From Candidatus Multivorans sp. (GTDB taxonomy: Bacteria; Acidobacteriota; Thermoanaerobaculia; Multivoradales; Multivoraceae): 64,000 nt of DNA. Of the stretch, positions 29,451 to 39,020 are shown one piece after another. The translations under genes were made by a program, and so were the position numbers. Below the pieces are notes generated by a model. It did no database searches. It was not told where the DNA came from and saw only the letters and a program-made list of their open reading frames with translations. The stretch lies in contig OZ245033.1 in the NCBI GenBank assembly GCA_965224025.1, positions 3,168,001 to 3,232,000 on the forward strand, in the 5' to 3' direction. The stretch's first letter is position 1, and every line of letters begins with the position of its first letter.

Positions 29451-30455
29451 ATGCAAGATCACACCCGGAAAATGTACCTGTGGGTGTTGGCCCTGGCCGG
29501 GATCCTGGCCGCGGCGTTGACCACGGCGCCGGCGCTGGCTGCGGGCGAGTTGATGGATGTCGAGGGCTATCCGTCCCTCGTCCGCAAGCCGGTCGAACTC
29601 TGGAGCGACGGAACGCGGTTGGCCGGCGACGTCTTCTACCCGAAGGCGACCGCGGAGGGCGAGAAGCTGCCGACGGTCGTCCTCTGCCACGGCTGGGGCG
29701 GTACGAAGTCGCACCTGAACCGCGGCATCGCGCCGCGTTTCGCCGCCGCCGGCTACCTGGTCCTGGCCTTCGACTACCGCGGCTGGGGCGAGAGCGATGC
29801 GCGCCTCGTCGTCCGCGGCGAGATGCCGGAACCGGACGAGGACGGCTACGTCACGGTCAAGGCCCAGGCCATCCGGCAGCTAGTGGACCCGCTCGACCAG
29901 CAGGAGGACATCGACGCCGCGATCACCTTCGTTGAAGGCGAACAACATGCCGACGCCTCGCGGATCGGCATCTGGGGCTCAAGCTTCGGCGGCGGCCATG
30001 TCATCTGGCGCGCCGCCCACGACCGCCGCGTCAAGGCGGTCGCCGCCCAGGTCGGTGCAATGGACCAGCGCTCCGGCCTGGTCACGGCTCCCGGCGGCCT
30101 CAAGGGCTTCCACCGGACCGCCATCCAGCGCGCCCGCGGCGAGGTGGACCCGGTGCCGGTCGGCGGCCCTCAGCCCGAGGGCCTGACCGGCAGCCCGTAC
30201 TACGAGCGCTTCGCCAAGTTTGCCCCCGTCGAGGACGCGCATCTCATCACGGCGCCGACCATCATCATCGACGCCAAGCAGGAGCACTACTTCGACATCC
30301 GCGAACACGGCGAGCGCGTCTTCAAGATCCTCTCCGGCCGCGTCCCCGTCGAGTACCACGCCTGGGACATGAGCCACTACGACGTCTACAGCGGCGACTG
30401 GCTCGACAAGGCCATGTCGGCCGAGATCGACTTCTTCGACCGCCACCTGAAGTAG
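29451..30455 (+). CDS. Secreted alpha/beta hydrolase
   Basis: CHGWGG, FDYRGWGES, WGSSFGGG nucleophile elbow and SHYDVY. Confidence 0.85.
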   Translation: MQDHTRKMYLWVLALAGILAAALTTAPALAAGELMDVEGYPSLVRKPVELWSDGTRLAGDVFYPKATAEGEKLPTVVLCHGWGGTKSHLNRGIAPRFAAAGYLVLAFDYRGWGESDARLVVRGEMPEPDEDGYVTVKAQAIRQLVDPLDQQEDIDAAITFVEGEQHADASRIGIWGSSFGGGHVIWRAAHDRRVKAVAAQVGAMDQRSGLVTAPGGLKGFHRTAIQRARGEVDPVPVGGPQPEGLTGSPYYERFAKFAPVEDAHLITAPTIIIDAKQEHYFDIREHGERVFKILSGRVPVEYHAWDMSHYDVYSGDWLDKAMSAEIDFFDRHLK

Positions 30456-30509
30456 ACCCGCGTCGGTCGGCTGCGCCGGAGTGTCTGCGCCGGAACTGCT
30501 GCGGTGGCA

Positions 30510-30711
30510 CCCGCCTGGTCCTAGGGGTCCGGAGGGGGTGAGAGCCCAGGTGCCGCTCGCGCTTGGTCGGATAATGGGGAGTTGGCGCTCGCTGCACTCC
30601 GCTCGCTCCGGTTGGTCGTCAGTAGTTGAAGCGTCGTCGGGAGTCGCTCGCTCCGAGCCACCTGGGATCTCACCCCCTCCGGACCCCAACCAGGCTGGAC
30701 GGCGTCGGGCA
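30510..30711 (-). repeat. ~200-bp structured element, copy A
   Basis: 29-bp stem 30524-30552/30659-30687 (1 mismatch); reverse complement aligns with 31222-31422. Confidence 0.85.
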
Positions 30712-31221
30712 CCGAGAGGGTAGCCGTCAGCGTTTTCCCGGACGCCGTCTTGGGCGGCTCAAGGGCGTAGTCGGACTCAAAGGCTGAGACCGATGGTAGG
30801 GTGAAGCGAGAAGTGGTGCCTGCCGGCGACGTGTGAGCTTCGACATCGCCGGTGTCTTGCGGGGGAACCGCTCTTCGTCCCGACCGGAGACACGTTCCCG
30901 ATCCGGTCGAAGATCGACTACGAGACCGGTCTCTGGGCTTGCGTCAGGTGCGGCGGGCCGGTACGCAAGCTGGCTGGAGGGTTCGCCGGATCGGACGTCC
31001 CATCGCTGGACTAACCTTCAAGGAGGCGTGGGCGATTGGCAGGCCTGCGGTCGACGCTACGTCACCGCAACGGCTGCGGAATGCATGGAACAAAGCGCCT
31101 CTACCAGAAGTCGCCTCCGGCGAATGCCGGCTCACCCAGTCTCGGCGGCGCTGTTTCCCAGCGAGGCGGCGCCGGGGTCTCCGCTGCGGAAACCGTGGCG
31201 CGTGCGTAACTGCGTCCCGGA

Positions 31222-31422
31222 TGCCCGACGCCGTCCAGCCTGCCCAGGGGCTAAGGGGGAGGGGTCCCAGGTGGCTCGGAGCGAGCGATTCCCCGTGTCG
31301 CTTCAACCATCGATGACCAACCGGAGCGAGCGGAGTGAAGTGAGCGCACCCCCTTCCAATCTCCGACCAAGCGCGAACGCCACCTGGGACCCCTCCCCCT
31401 TAGCCCCGACCAGGCAGGCGGG
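31222..31422 (+). repeat. ~200-bp structured element, copy B (inverted relative to A)
   Basis: Perfect 29-bp stem 31247-31275/31379-31407; internal CGGAGCGAGCG present twice. Confidence 0.85.
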
Positions 31423-31433
31423 TGTAACCGAAG

Positions 31434-31715
31434 TCAGGCTGCACGCCGGTTGAACAGCCCGATGGTGAGCGCGAGCGGAATCACGAACAGCAGCGTGCGC
31501 AGCCAGCCCGGCATGTCGGTCATGATCAGGATCAGACCGAGCGGGATCCAGAAGGCAGTCCACATCCAGAGGGGGATCATCCTCGGCGGGACGGGTTCCG
31601 TGCTGGCGCCTTCGGCGATGATGATGACGACCAGGATGCCGACGGCGGCGCCTAGAACACCGGCTATCAGGGCGCCGGCTGGGTAGACGTATGCGGCGAG
31701 GATCAGTTCAGGCAT
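31434..31715 (-). CDS. Small hypothetical membrane protein
   Basis: Three hydrophobic segments from ATG 31715. Confidence 0.5.
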   Translation of the reverse strand: MPELILAAYVYPAGALIAGVLGAAVGILVVIIIAEGASTEPVPPRMIPLWMWTAFWIPLGLILIMTDMPGWLRTLLFVIPLALTIGLFNRRAA

Positions 31716-31803
31716 ATCGGGGTCCCAAGGTTGTGGCGGGTTGTTAGTGGCGCGAATCGTAGCAGCCCTCGGATTGCAGTACATTGGCGGCGGAGGGGTA
31801 GCC

Positions 31804-32721
31804 ATGCGGGTCAGCATTTCAGTTCAGAGCGCCTACAACGTGACCGACGTCCGCGAGGGGGCGCGGCGCATGGTGGACCGTGCGCGGGCCGCCCGGGACG
31901 CCGGCCTGGATGCGCTTTTCGTCGGCGACCATCACGCGACGCCGGGGCCGTACTACCAGAACACCGCGATCCTGGGCCGGATGCTGGCGGAGTGGGGCGA
32001 TCGGCCGGCGGGCGCCCTCTACCTGCTGCCGCTGTGGCACCCGCTGATCGTCGCGGAGCAGGTCGGCACGCTGGCCAGCGTGATGGAGGGCCGGTTCATC
32101 CTCCAGTGCGCGATCGGCCCGGCCGACAACCAGTTTGCGGCCATGGGCGTCCCGGCGCGTCAGCGGCCGTCGCGATTCGAACAGTCGCTCTCGATCCTGC
32201 GCCGACTCTGGGCCGGAGAGACGGTCACGACCGATGGTGAGAACGACCGTTTCGGGATGCACGAGGCGCGGATCGCGCCCTGTCCGCCGGAACCGGTCGA
32301 GGTCTGGGTCGGCGCTTCGGCGCCGCCGGCGATCGACCGCGCCGCGCGGCTGGGCGACGGCTGGTTGGCGGCGCCCGGTCTGACGCCGGACCAGGCGGCG
32401 GAGCAGCTCCGGCGCTACCGGGAGGCCTGTGAACGGCACGATCGTCCGGTCGGCGCGTGCGCGATCCGGCGCGACATCTATGTCGGTGAGACGGCTGCCG
32501 AAGCCGAGGCCCTGGCGGGGAAGATGATCGATCGCGGATACCGGGGCTTTCCGCCGGAGGCGCTCATCGTGGGCGACGTGGAACGGGTCGCAGCGGCGTT
32601 CGCTGAACTGGGCGCGATGGGGTACGACGAGGTCGTGGTGCGGCACCTGGTGCAGGATCCGGCGCGGGCGCTCGACTCCATCGGGCGCCTGGCCGGGGTC
32701 AGGGAGAGGCTGGGTTGCTAG
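31804..32721 (+). CDS. LLM-class flavin-dependent oxidoreductase
   Basis: GDHH, HPLIVAEQVGTL and AIDRAARLGDGW. Confidence 0.9.
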   Translation: MRVSISVQSAYNVTDVREGARRMVDRARAARDAGLDALFVGDHHATPGPYYQNTAILGRMLAEWGDRPAGALYLLPLWHPLIVAEQVGTLASVMEGRFILQCAIGPADNQFAAMGVPARQRPSRFEQSLSILRRLWAGETVTTDGENDRFGMHEARIAPCPPEPVEVWVGASAPPAIDRAARLGDGWLAAPGLTPDQAAEQLRRYREACERHDRPVGACAIRRDIYVGETAAEAEALAGKMIDRGYRGFPPEALIVGDVERVAAAFAELGAMGYDEVVVRHLVQDPARALDSIGRLAGVRERLGC

Positions 32722-33320
32722 CGGCGCGGCACGTCGTCCGGGAACGGCTCCAGGCCCTCGTCGAGTTCGACCTGGATGCTCCTGAGCGCCATCGACACCA
32801 TCCGGTATTGGCCGACGGTGAAGATGAGGTCGATCATCTGCTGGTCGCTGTAGCGGGCTTTCAGGAATGCCCAGGTGCGGTCCGAGATGGCCGAGCGCGA
32901 ATGCAGCTCGTTGGCGGCGCTTAGCAGGTAGCGCTCAAAGCTGCTCCACGGCCCCGCGTTCACACCCACGGCGATATTCCTGATCTCTTCGTCCGTCATC
33001 CCTGCAGCCTTTGCTGCGCGGGCGTGGTACCCCCATTCGTACTCGGCCTCATTGAGCCAGGCGGTGCGCAGGATGACCATCTCGCGGTCCCGGTCGGGCA
33101 AGGTACTGCCGCGCAGAATGTAGCCTCCGAAGGGCCCCCAAGCCTCCATCAGCGGCGGGTGATGGGAGAGGGTGCGGATCAGGTTGATGCTCTCGACACC
33201 CTCGGCCGGTGGGATTCTGGGCCCAGTGTCGCGCCTCTGCCTCTGTGCCGAGAGCGAGCTGGCGGCAAGGGCCAGGCAGAGGGCGGCCGCGGCGGTCTTG
33301 CGGGGTGTCAGCGTGCTCAT
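32718..33320 (-). CDS. Carboxymuconolactone decarboxylase/AhpD-fold protein with signal peptide
   Basis: RDREMVILRTAW..AEYEWGYH; DLIFTVGQY; N-terminal signal peptide. Confidence 0.8.
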   Translation of the reverse strand: MSTLTPRKTAAAALCLALAASSLSAQRQRRDTGPRIPPAEGVESINLIRTLSHHPPLMEAWGPFGGYILRGSTLPDRDREMVILRTAWLNEAEYEWGYHARAAKAAGMTDEEIRNIAVGVNAGPWSSFERYLLSAANELHSRSAISDRTWAFLKARYSDQQMIDLIFTVGQYRMVSMALRSIQVELDEGLEPFPDDVPRR

Positions 33321-33362
33321 CGTCGATCCTCCTTGTCGCGGCTCACTATAGCCGCCGGGTCT

Positions 33363-35081
33363 CTACTCTCCGGCTCGACTCCGGCGTGCGGCCGCGGTCT
33401 TGAAGCCGGAGTACTTGGGCTGATCGATCGCGATCTGGTTGACCACGGTGGCGCGGAGGTGCTCGTGGAGCCGGGTGTCGTCGAGCGCGATGGCCTCGTC
33501 GCGAATCGCGTGGACCAGCTTCCAGCGCAGGTTGAGCAGCGAGCCGTCGGCGTCGAGCAGGCGGCGGAGCCGTTCGTGTTCGCTGTGACGGTGTTCGGCG
33601 CCGAAGTGCAGGTCCCGGTACACGATGTCGAGCGCGTTGCCGGCGACCAGCGCGTGGAAGCGGGTTCGCCCGGTGGTTTCGTCCCGTACCGGGCCGTGCA
33701 GGAAGTCGCGCGTCGCGCCGACGAGCTCCTCGAGGCGCGGCATGTCGGGGTCCTCGAGCTGCTCGGGCGCCGCGACGAGTTCGACGGGACCGGGGATCAG
33801 GAGATTTGTGCAGTCGACCTGGCACTCCGTCGTGCGGCGGCCGATCGTCACCCGCTCGACGGAGCGGTCCAGGCCGATCCGGTAGGCCTTGGTCATGCCG
33901 AGAGTGGAGACCGCCCACCAGTAGGAGCCGAAGACCTCCCAGTACTGGACACGACGGAGGTCGACCCGGTTCCCGCTCGTCGCCTCGTAGCCGGCGAAGA
34001 GGTCCTCGTAGGCGCCGAAACCGCCGACCGGCAGTTCGGGGCCGGCGCCGTAGCGCCAGGAGTTCGTACAGATCCAGCCCAGGTCGCGCATAGGGTCGCC
34101 GATATGGGCGATCTCCCAGTCGAGCACCGCGACGACGCCGGTCCGATCGACCATCAGGTTGCCGTTGCGGAAGTCGTTGTGAACAAGGGTCTGTTCAGTC
34201 GACTCGGGAAGGTTCTCGGTGAGCCAGCGTCCCGTGAAGTCGATCATCGGCTGCGGTGTTCCGAGGGCCTCGTAGCGGCCGCGGGTCTGCTCGATGAAGT
34301 CGGCGGCGCTCAGGCGCGCGAGGTCGCGGTCGAGTCCGTGTGCTTCGAGGTCGATGCTGTGCAGTCGGCCAAGGATCTCGCCGCACTGACGGGCCAGCTT
34401 GGGGCGGACTTCGGCGAGGTCGGGCGAGCGGACGATCCGCGCACCCAGTGCGATGCCGTCGAGCCACTCCATGACGAAGCCGCCCCCAAGATCGTCGCCC
34501 GGCTCCAGGATGTAGAAGACCTCGGGCTCCGGAATGCCGTTGCTTCGGGCGACCTGCATCAGCTTCGCCTCGATCCGAAGCCCCGGCGCGCTGCGCTCGA
34601 CGGCAGGAGCTTCTTCCTGCTTTCCGCCCTGGGATCGCCGGAGTGCGAGCTGGCGATCACCGGCCTCCGTTTCGATCCGTAGACGGTAGGTCTCCTGGCT
34701 GGCGCCGCCCGAGAGCCTCTCGACCGCGGCCAGATGCTCGCAGCCCGCGATCTCGCGCCGGAGCACGCACTCCAGTCGCGCCTCGAAGCTGTCCTTCTCC
34801 CATGTGCCGCCGCTGCCGCCGGCCACTGGAGCGAGCAGGTAGATCTCGTCGCCGTCCTGGAGCGGCCGTTCGCGGTTCGTCTCCAGGGGGCAGCGCTCAC
34901 CGTTGATCATCAGGGTGTCGCGCAGATGGGTCGAGGACTTGATCGCCTCGGACAGCGGCACGCCGGCGCGGTCGGCGGCCGGCAGGAGCTCGGCCAGCGT
35001 AGCGCCGGGCGCCAGACGGAAGGTGCGGTCGACATCGTGCCAGCCAGCTCCGATCCGGCCGCGGATCAAAACCCGGACGCG
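33363..35081 (-). CDS. MoaD/ThiS-like domain in frame with an APH-family phosphotransferase and a DUF6285-like C-terminal domain
   Basis: GATLAEL...[16 protein letters not shown] (GG ends at 34815); then [21 protein letters not shown] and QIAIDQPKY; no clear start codon. Confidence 0.75.
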   Translation of the reverse strand, partial: RVRVLIRGRIGAGWHDVDRTFRLAPGATLAELLPAADRAGVPLSEAIKSSTHLRDTLMINGERCPLETNRERPLQDGDEIYLLAPVAGGSGGTWEKDSFEARLECVLRREIAGCEHLAAVERLSGGASQETYRLRIETEAGDRQLALRRSQGGKQEEAPAVERSAPGLRIEAKLMQVARSNGIPEPEVFYILEPGDDLGGGFVMEWLDGIALGARIVRSPDLAEVRPKLARQCGEILGRLHSIDLEAHGLDRDLARLSAADFIEQTRGRYEALGTPQPMIDFTGRWLTENLPESTEQTLVHNDFRNGNLMVDRTGVVAVLDWEIAHIGDPMRDLGWICTNSWRYGAGPELPVGGFGAYEDLFAGYEATSGNRVDLRRVQYWEVFGSYWWAVSTLGMTKAYRIGLDRSVERVTIGRRTTECQVDCTNLLIPGPVELVAAPEQLEDPDMPRLEELVGATRDFLHGPVRDETTGRTRFHALVAGNALDIVYRDLHFGAEHRHSEHERLRRLLDADGSLLNLRWKLVHAIRDEAIALDDTRLHEHLRATVVNQIAIDQPKYSGFKTAAARRSRAGE

Positions 35082-35405
35082 ACGTACCGCTTCGCCAGAG
35101 CGCTGGCGTCGAGAAACAGCATCAGAATCGGTCGTCTCGATCCTCGACGATGGTGTCCGCGATCGATCCGCCGCGCACCGGGACCGGTTCAACGGACGCC
35201 GCAAGGCGAGCGGTCCTCAGCGTCACGAGTCCCCGGGCCGCAAGGTCGGGGAGTATCTCCTCCTCGTCCGAGGCGGCCTTCGGCACGGGCCGCGGTTCGG
35301 CGACCGGTCGTCCTCGTTCGGTCACGAGAATCACCGACCCCCTCGCACCCTCCGGAGGTGCGTGCCCAGCCTTGTGTTGAGTTCTCTTGCTCCAACGGTC
35401 ACCAT
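35066..35405 (-). pseudogene. Decayed Phd/YefM-VapC toxin-antitoxin pair (frameshifted antitoxin, 18-aa PIN stub)
   Basis: MVTVGARELNTRLGTHLRRVRG, frameshift, ILVTERGRPVAE...EDRDDRF*; TGATG overlap, then [14 protein letters not shown]. Confidence 0.8.
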
Positions 35406-35417
35406 GTGACCATTGTA
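35397..35417 (-). promoter_or_regulatory. -10 box and palindromic operator over the antitoxin start codon
   Basis: Minus strand reads TACAAT-GGTCAC-ATG-GTGACC. Confidence 0.55.
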
Positions 35418-35476
35418 GGCACAAGAGCGCGGGTCAGGCAATCGCAACCGGTGCTGCCTGGCCCGTTGCGGACTCG

Positions 35477-36013
35477 TCAGCGTCGCTTCAGGTGGAAGGT
35501 CATCGTGCCGGACTCTCTGTCTCCCTCGTGGGCCTTCCAGGCGCTGTCGAGCCGGTCCTTGCCGTCGAGCCGGATCTCTGCCGAGTGGATGTGGCTGGGC
35601 GTGGTTTCGAGGTTCGTGCCACCGTCGAAATCGAAGGCCAGGCGGTTCGGAGCGCTGGTGGCGGCGTTGAACTTCATCCGCGGCTGGTTGCCGCCCGAGC
35701 AGTAGTGGGTGAGGACGAGGTCGGAGCCGTCGAGGTGGTACATGTTGACCATCTCGTAGTCGGTGTCCGGCCCCATGCGCTCCATCAGCACGTGGCCGCT
35801 GGCGGTGACCTCAAACTCGTGGACGACGGTTCCGGTACCGTCCGCCTCCGCCGCGGCCTCGGCGCCCTCGCCGCTGGCCGAACCCTCCCAGGTCCCCGCC
35901 AGCGCCTTCAGGCGCTCGAACGCCTTCTCGGCGGTCAGGTCGTCGGACGCCGTCGCGGCAGCCGGAAGCGCCAGGACGGCCGCGACGGCCGCGATCCACT
36001 GGATTCTCTTCAT
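35477..36013 (-). CDS. Secreted hypothetical beta-barrel protein
   Basis: RBS GAGGAG; signal peptide; LAGTWEG...LTHYCSGGNQPRM. Confidence 0.7.
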   Translation of the reverse strand: MKRIQWIAAVAAVLALPAAATASDDLTAEKAFERLKALAGTWEGSASGEGAEAAAEADGTGTVVHEFEVTASGHVLMERMGPDTDYEMVNMYHLDGSDLVLTHYCSGGNQPRMKFNAATSAPNRLAFDFDGGTNLETTPSHIHSAEIRLDGKDRLDSAWKAHEGDRESGTMTFHLKRR

Positions 36014-36189
36014 TTCGTGTCTCCTCTTGGGGCGGGATGATGGTATCAGGGCAGTAGGATAGCGCCCTTCGTCCAGGCGGCAGCAGGCTGCCGACCAGTG
36101 TGCCGTGCGGCCCGGCGGGGCCGTGGACGAGTTCCGCTAGCCACTCGCCGGGAAGCCGCTGATGGAGTCATCGCGTATTCTCTCGCGTC

Positions 36190-37104
36190 GTGCCAGAACT
36201 CCCATTTCTGCCCGAGAGCCTGCGCCTGCACGGAGCGGGCGGTGTCGAACTGCGGGTCTACGACTACGGCAACGCGGAGGCGCCGCCCCTGGTCCTGCTT
36301 CACGGCATGCAGGACCTGGCGATGGCGTTCGAGCCGTTGGCGAACCGGTTCCGCGACCGCTACCGCGTCGTCTCGCTCGATTTGCGCGGCCACGGCGACA
36401 GCGGCAAGCCGGGCGTCTATGCGCTGCCGCACTTCATCGCCGATCTCCACGCGGTCATCTTCCAACTCCAGCTCAAGCGGCCGGTGCTGGTCGGCCACAG
36501 CCTGGGCGGTCACATCGTGAGCCACTACGCCGCGGTGTTCAGCGACGTACCGAGCGTCGTCGTCAACATCGACGGCGTCGGCGCTCCGTTCCGCGAGAGC
36601 GACATGCCGGTCGAGAACCGGCAGCTTCGCCTCCAGAACGGCCATACGAGCCTGTTGCGGCCTGGAGGCCACAAGCGGCCGATGATGGACCTGGACGACG
36701 CCTGGCGGCTGTACTGCCGGTTCCATCCCGGGCTCGACCACGATCTGGCGCGGCACCTGGTCGAGATCGGCACCACCGAGCATCCGTACGGCGGCCTGCA
36801 GTGGAAGTGGGACCCGCAGGTCGAGACGACGGGGCTGACGATGTCGTCACAGTTGGCGGCGGAGCGCTGGCCCTGGATTGCCTGCCCGGTCCTGGTCGTC
36901 ACGGGCGGCCGCTCGGCCGACTTCTACCGTGGGCGCGGCGGCATCGACTACGGCACGCCGGCGGCGCCGGACGAAATCGATCGTCGCGTCCGCCTGTTCC
37001 GCAACGTTCACCACGTCGAGATCCCGGAGGCGGGCCACATGGTCCACTTCGACGCGCCGGAACGGCTGGGCGAGATCATCGGCAACTACCTGGATGCGGG
37101 GTAG
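36190..37104 (+). CDS. Alpha/beta hydrolase
   Basis: LLHG, DLRGHGDS, GHSLGG and AGHMVHFDAP. Confidence 0.9.
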   Translation: MPELPFLPESLRLHGAGGVELRVYDYGNAEAPPLVLLHGMQDLAMAFEPLANRFRDRYRVVSLDLRGHGDSGKPGVYALPHFIADLHAVIFQLQLKRPVLVGHSLGGHIVSHYAAVFSDVPSVVVNIDGVGAPFRESDMPVENRQLRLQNGHTSLLRPGGHKRPMMDLDDAWRLYCRFHPGLDHDLARHLVEIGTTEHPYGGLQWKWDPQVETTGLTMSSQLAAERWPWIACPVLVVTGGRSADFYRGRGGIDYGTPAAPDEIDRRVRLFRNVHHVEIPEAGHMVHFDAPERLGEIIGNYLDAG

Positions 37105-37111
37105 CAGGACC

Positions 37112-38359
37112 ATGGACTTCGAGATTCCCCAGGACATTCGCGACAAGCTGGCCGAACTCGACGACTTCATCGAGCGCGAGATCAAGCCGTTGGAGCAGCA
37201 GGACGACAACATCCGTTTCTTCGATCAGCGTCGCGAGTGGGCGCGGACGGACTTCGACAACGACGGAACGCCGCGGCCCGAGTGGGAGGCCCTGCTGCGC
37301 GAGATGAAGCGCCGCGCCGACGCGGCCGGCCATCTGCGCTTCGGCCTGCCGAAGGAACTCGGCGGCCAGGACGGCTCGAACCTGGCGATGGCGGTGATCC
37401 GGGAGCACCTGGCCGCCAAGGGGCTGGGCCTGCACAACGACCTGCAGAACGAGTCCTCGATCGTCGGCAACTTCCCGACCGTGATCATGATGCACCGCTT
37501 CGGGACGCCCTCCCAGAAGGCGCGGTTCATGGAGGGCATGATGACCGGCGCGGTGCGGATGGGCTTCGGCCTGACCGAGCCGGACCACGGCTCGGACGCG
37601 ACCTGGCTCGAGACGTCTGGAGTCCGCCACGGCGACGACTGGGTGATCAACGGCGCCAAACGGTTCAACTCGGGCCTCCACGCGGCCACGCACGACCTGA
37701 TCTTCGCCCGCACCTCGGGCGATCCGGGGAAGGCGGACGGCGTCACCTGCTTCATCGTGCCGACGAATTCACCCGGCTTCGAGATCCCCTTCATGTGGTG
37801 GACCTTCAACATGCCGACCGACCACGCCGAAGTGTCGTTGACCGACGTGCGCGTGCCGAACGAAGCGATCCTCGGCGAAGAGGGCCGCGGCCTCGCACTG
37901 GCCCAGACCTTCGTTCACGAGAACCGCATCCGCCAGGCCGCTTCCGGTGTCGGCGCCGCCCAGTTCTGCATCAACGAGAGCGTCAAGTACGCCCGCGAGC
38001 GAACCGTCTTCGGCAAGCCGCTATGGCTGAACCAGGCGATCCAGTTCCCCCTCGCCGAACTCCAGACCGAGTGCGAGATGGTGCGCAACCTCGTCTACAA
38101 GACCGCCTGGGAGCTCGACCAGCAGCACCACATGGAGGTCACCGACAAGGTCTCCATGTGCAACTACCGCGCGAACCGCCTCGTCTGCAACGCCGCCGAC
38201 CGCGCCATCCAGACCCACGGCGGCATCGGCTACACCCGCCACATGCCCTTCGAGCACATCTACCGCCACCACCGCCGCTACCGCATCACCGAAGGCTCCG
38301 AAGAGATCCAGATCCGCCGCGTCGCGGGGATCATGTTCGGCAAGCGGGCGAAGCGGTAG
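37112..38359 (+). CDS. Acyl-CoA dehydrogenase
   Basis: FGLTEPDHGSDA, QTHGGIG and ITEGSEEIQ. Confidence 0.93.
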   Translation: MDFEIPQDIRDKLAELDDFIEREIKPLEQQDDNIRFFDQRREWARTDFDNDGTPRPEWEALLREMKRRADAAGHLRFGLPKELGGQDGSNLAMAVIREHLAAKGLGLHNDLQNESSIVGNFPTVIMMHRFGTPSQKARFMEGMMTGAVRMGFGLTEPDHGSDATWLETSGVRHGDDWVINGAKRFNSGLHAATHDLIFARTSGDPGKADGVTCFIVPTNSPGFEIPFMWWTFNMPTDHAEVSLTDVRVPNEAILGEEGRGLALAQTFVHENRIRQAASGVGAAQFCINESVKYARERTVFGKPLWLNQAIQFPLAELQTECEMVRNLVYKTAWELDQQHHMEVTDKVSMCNYRANRLVCNAADRAIQTHGGIGYTRHMPFEHIYRHHRRYRITEGSEEIQIRRVAGIMFGKRAKR

Positions 38360-38372
38360 TAGACTGTCGCGC

Positions 38373-38645
38373 ATGAGCGAGGCGACCTTCGACACACTTT
38401 CCGCCGCTCGCGCTCTGGAGAGCGCCGGGATGGACACCGCTCAGGCGGAGGTCGTCGTCGAAACCGTTCGCTCCGCGGTGATCCAGGGTACCGCTACCAG
38501 GGCGGACATCGCGGACCTTCGGGCCGACATGCGGGCCTATCTGGCAGCACTGGAACTGCGCCTGACCAAGCAACTGCATCGTCAGACGGCAATCCTCGCC
38601 GGCCTCGTGGCGGCAGCCGCCGCACTCTTTCGGGTGCTGGGCTAG
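38373..38645 (+). CDS. DUF1640/CCDC90-like small coiled-coil membrane protein
   Basis: FDTLSAARALESAGM..QAE, ATRADI and a C-terminal transmembrane segment. Confidence 0.75.
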   Translation: MSEATFDTLSAARALESAGMDTAQAEVVVETVRSAVIQGTATRADIADLRADMRAYLAALELRLTKQLHRQTAILAGLVAAAAALFRVLG

Positions 38646-38710
38646 GTGGCAACGCCCCAGGTAGCGCGCACTGCCGCAGGCCGGCACCGGGTCGAAGCGA
38701 CCGCGAAGGC

Positions 38711-38870
38711 TTCGTGGACCGGGAAGCGGACGAGCGCCGCCCGCGCGACCTGGTCGCCAGGCTGCGCGGGCTGAAGTTCGAATCTCCGACCCAGGGCATG
38801 ACACTCGACATCCTGCGCGACCTCAGGTCGTGATCGTCGTCAGCGCCTCGGTCTCGATCAGGTGTTCGTG
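38711..38870 (+). pseudogene. Remnant of a paralogue of the 43405..44075 TA pair
   Basis: FVDREADERRPRDLVARLRGLKFESPTQGMTLDILRDLRS*, then GTG IVVSASVSI, matching the antitoxin C-terminus and toxin N-terminus. Confidence 0.85.
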
Positions 38871-39020
38871 TCCGGCGAGCCGCTAGCGAGCGCCGTCGCA
38901 TCATGAGCCGAAGATCCGATGCCGCTGTCCGCCCGACTCCGGCGGCGGTGGAGCGTGTAGGCCGCCCGGTCGCCGATTCTCGACGAGCCCGAGGACGGAG
39001 GGGCGGGAGCGCCCCGCGAG

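Noticed and set aside
30521-31453. ORFs 30521..30712, 30833..31453 and 30852..31316 as real proteins
   Set aside because: They are translations of the hairpin repeat; the two copies do not keep a common frame and composition is atypical
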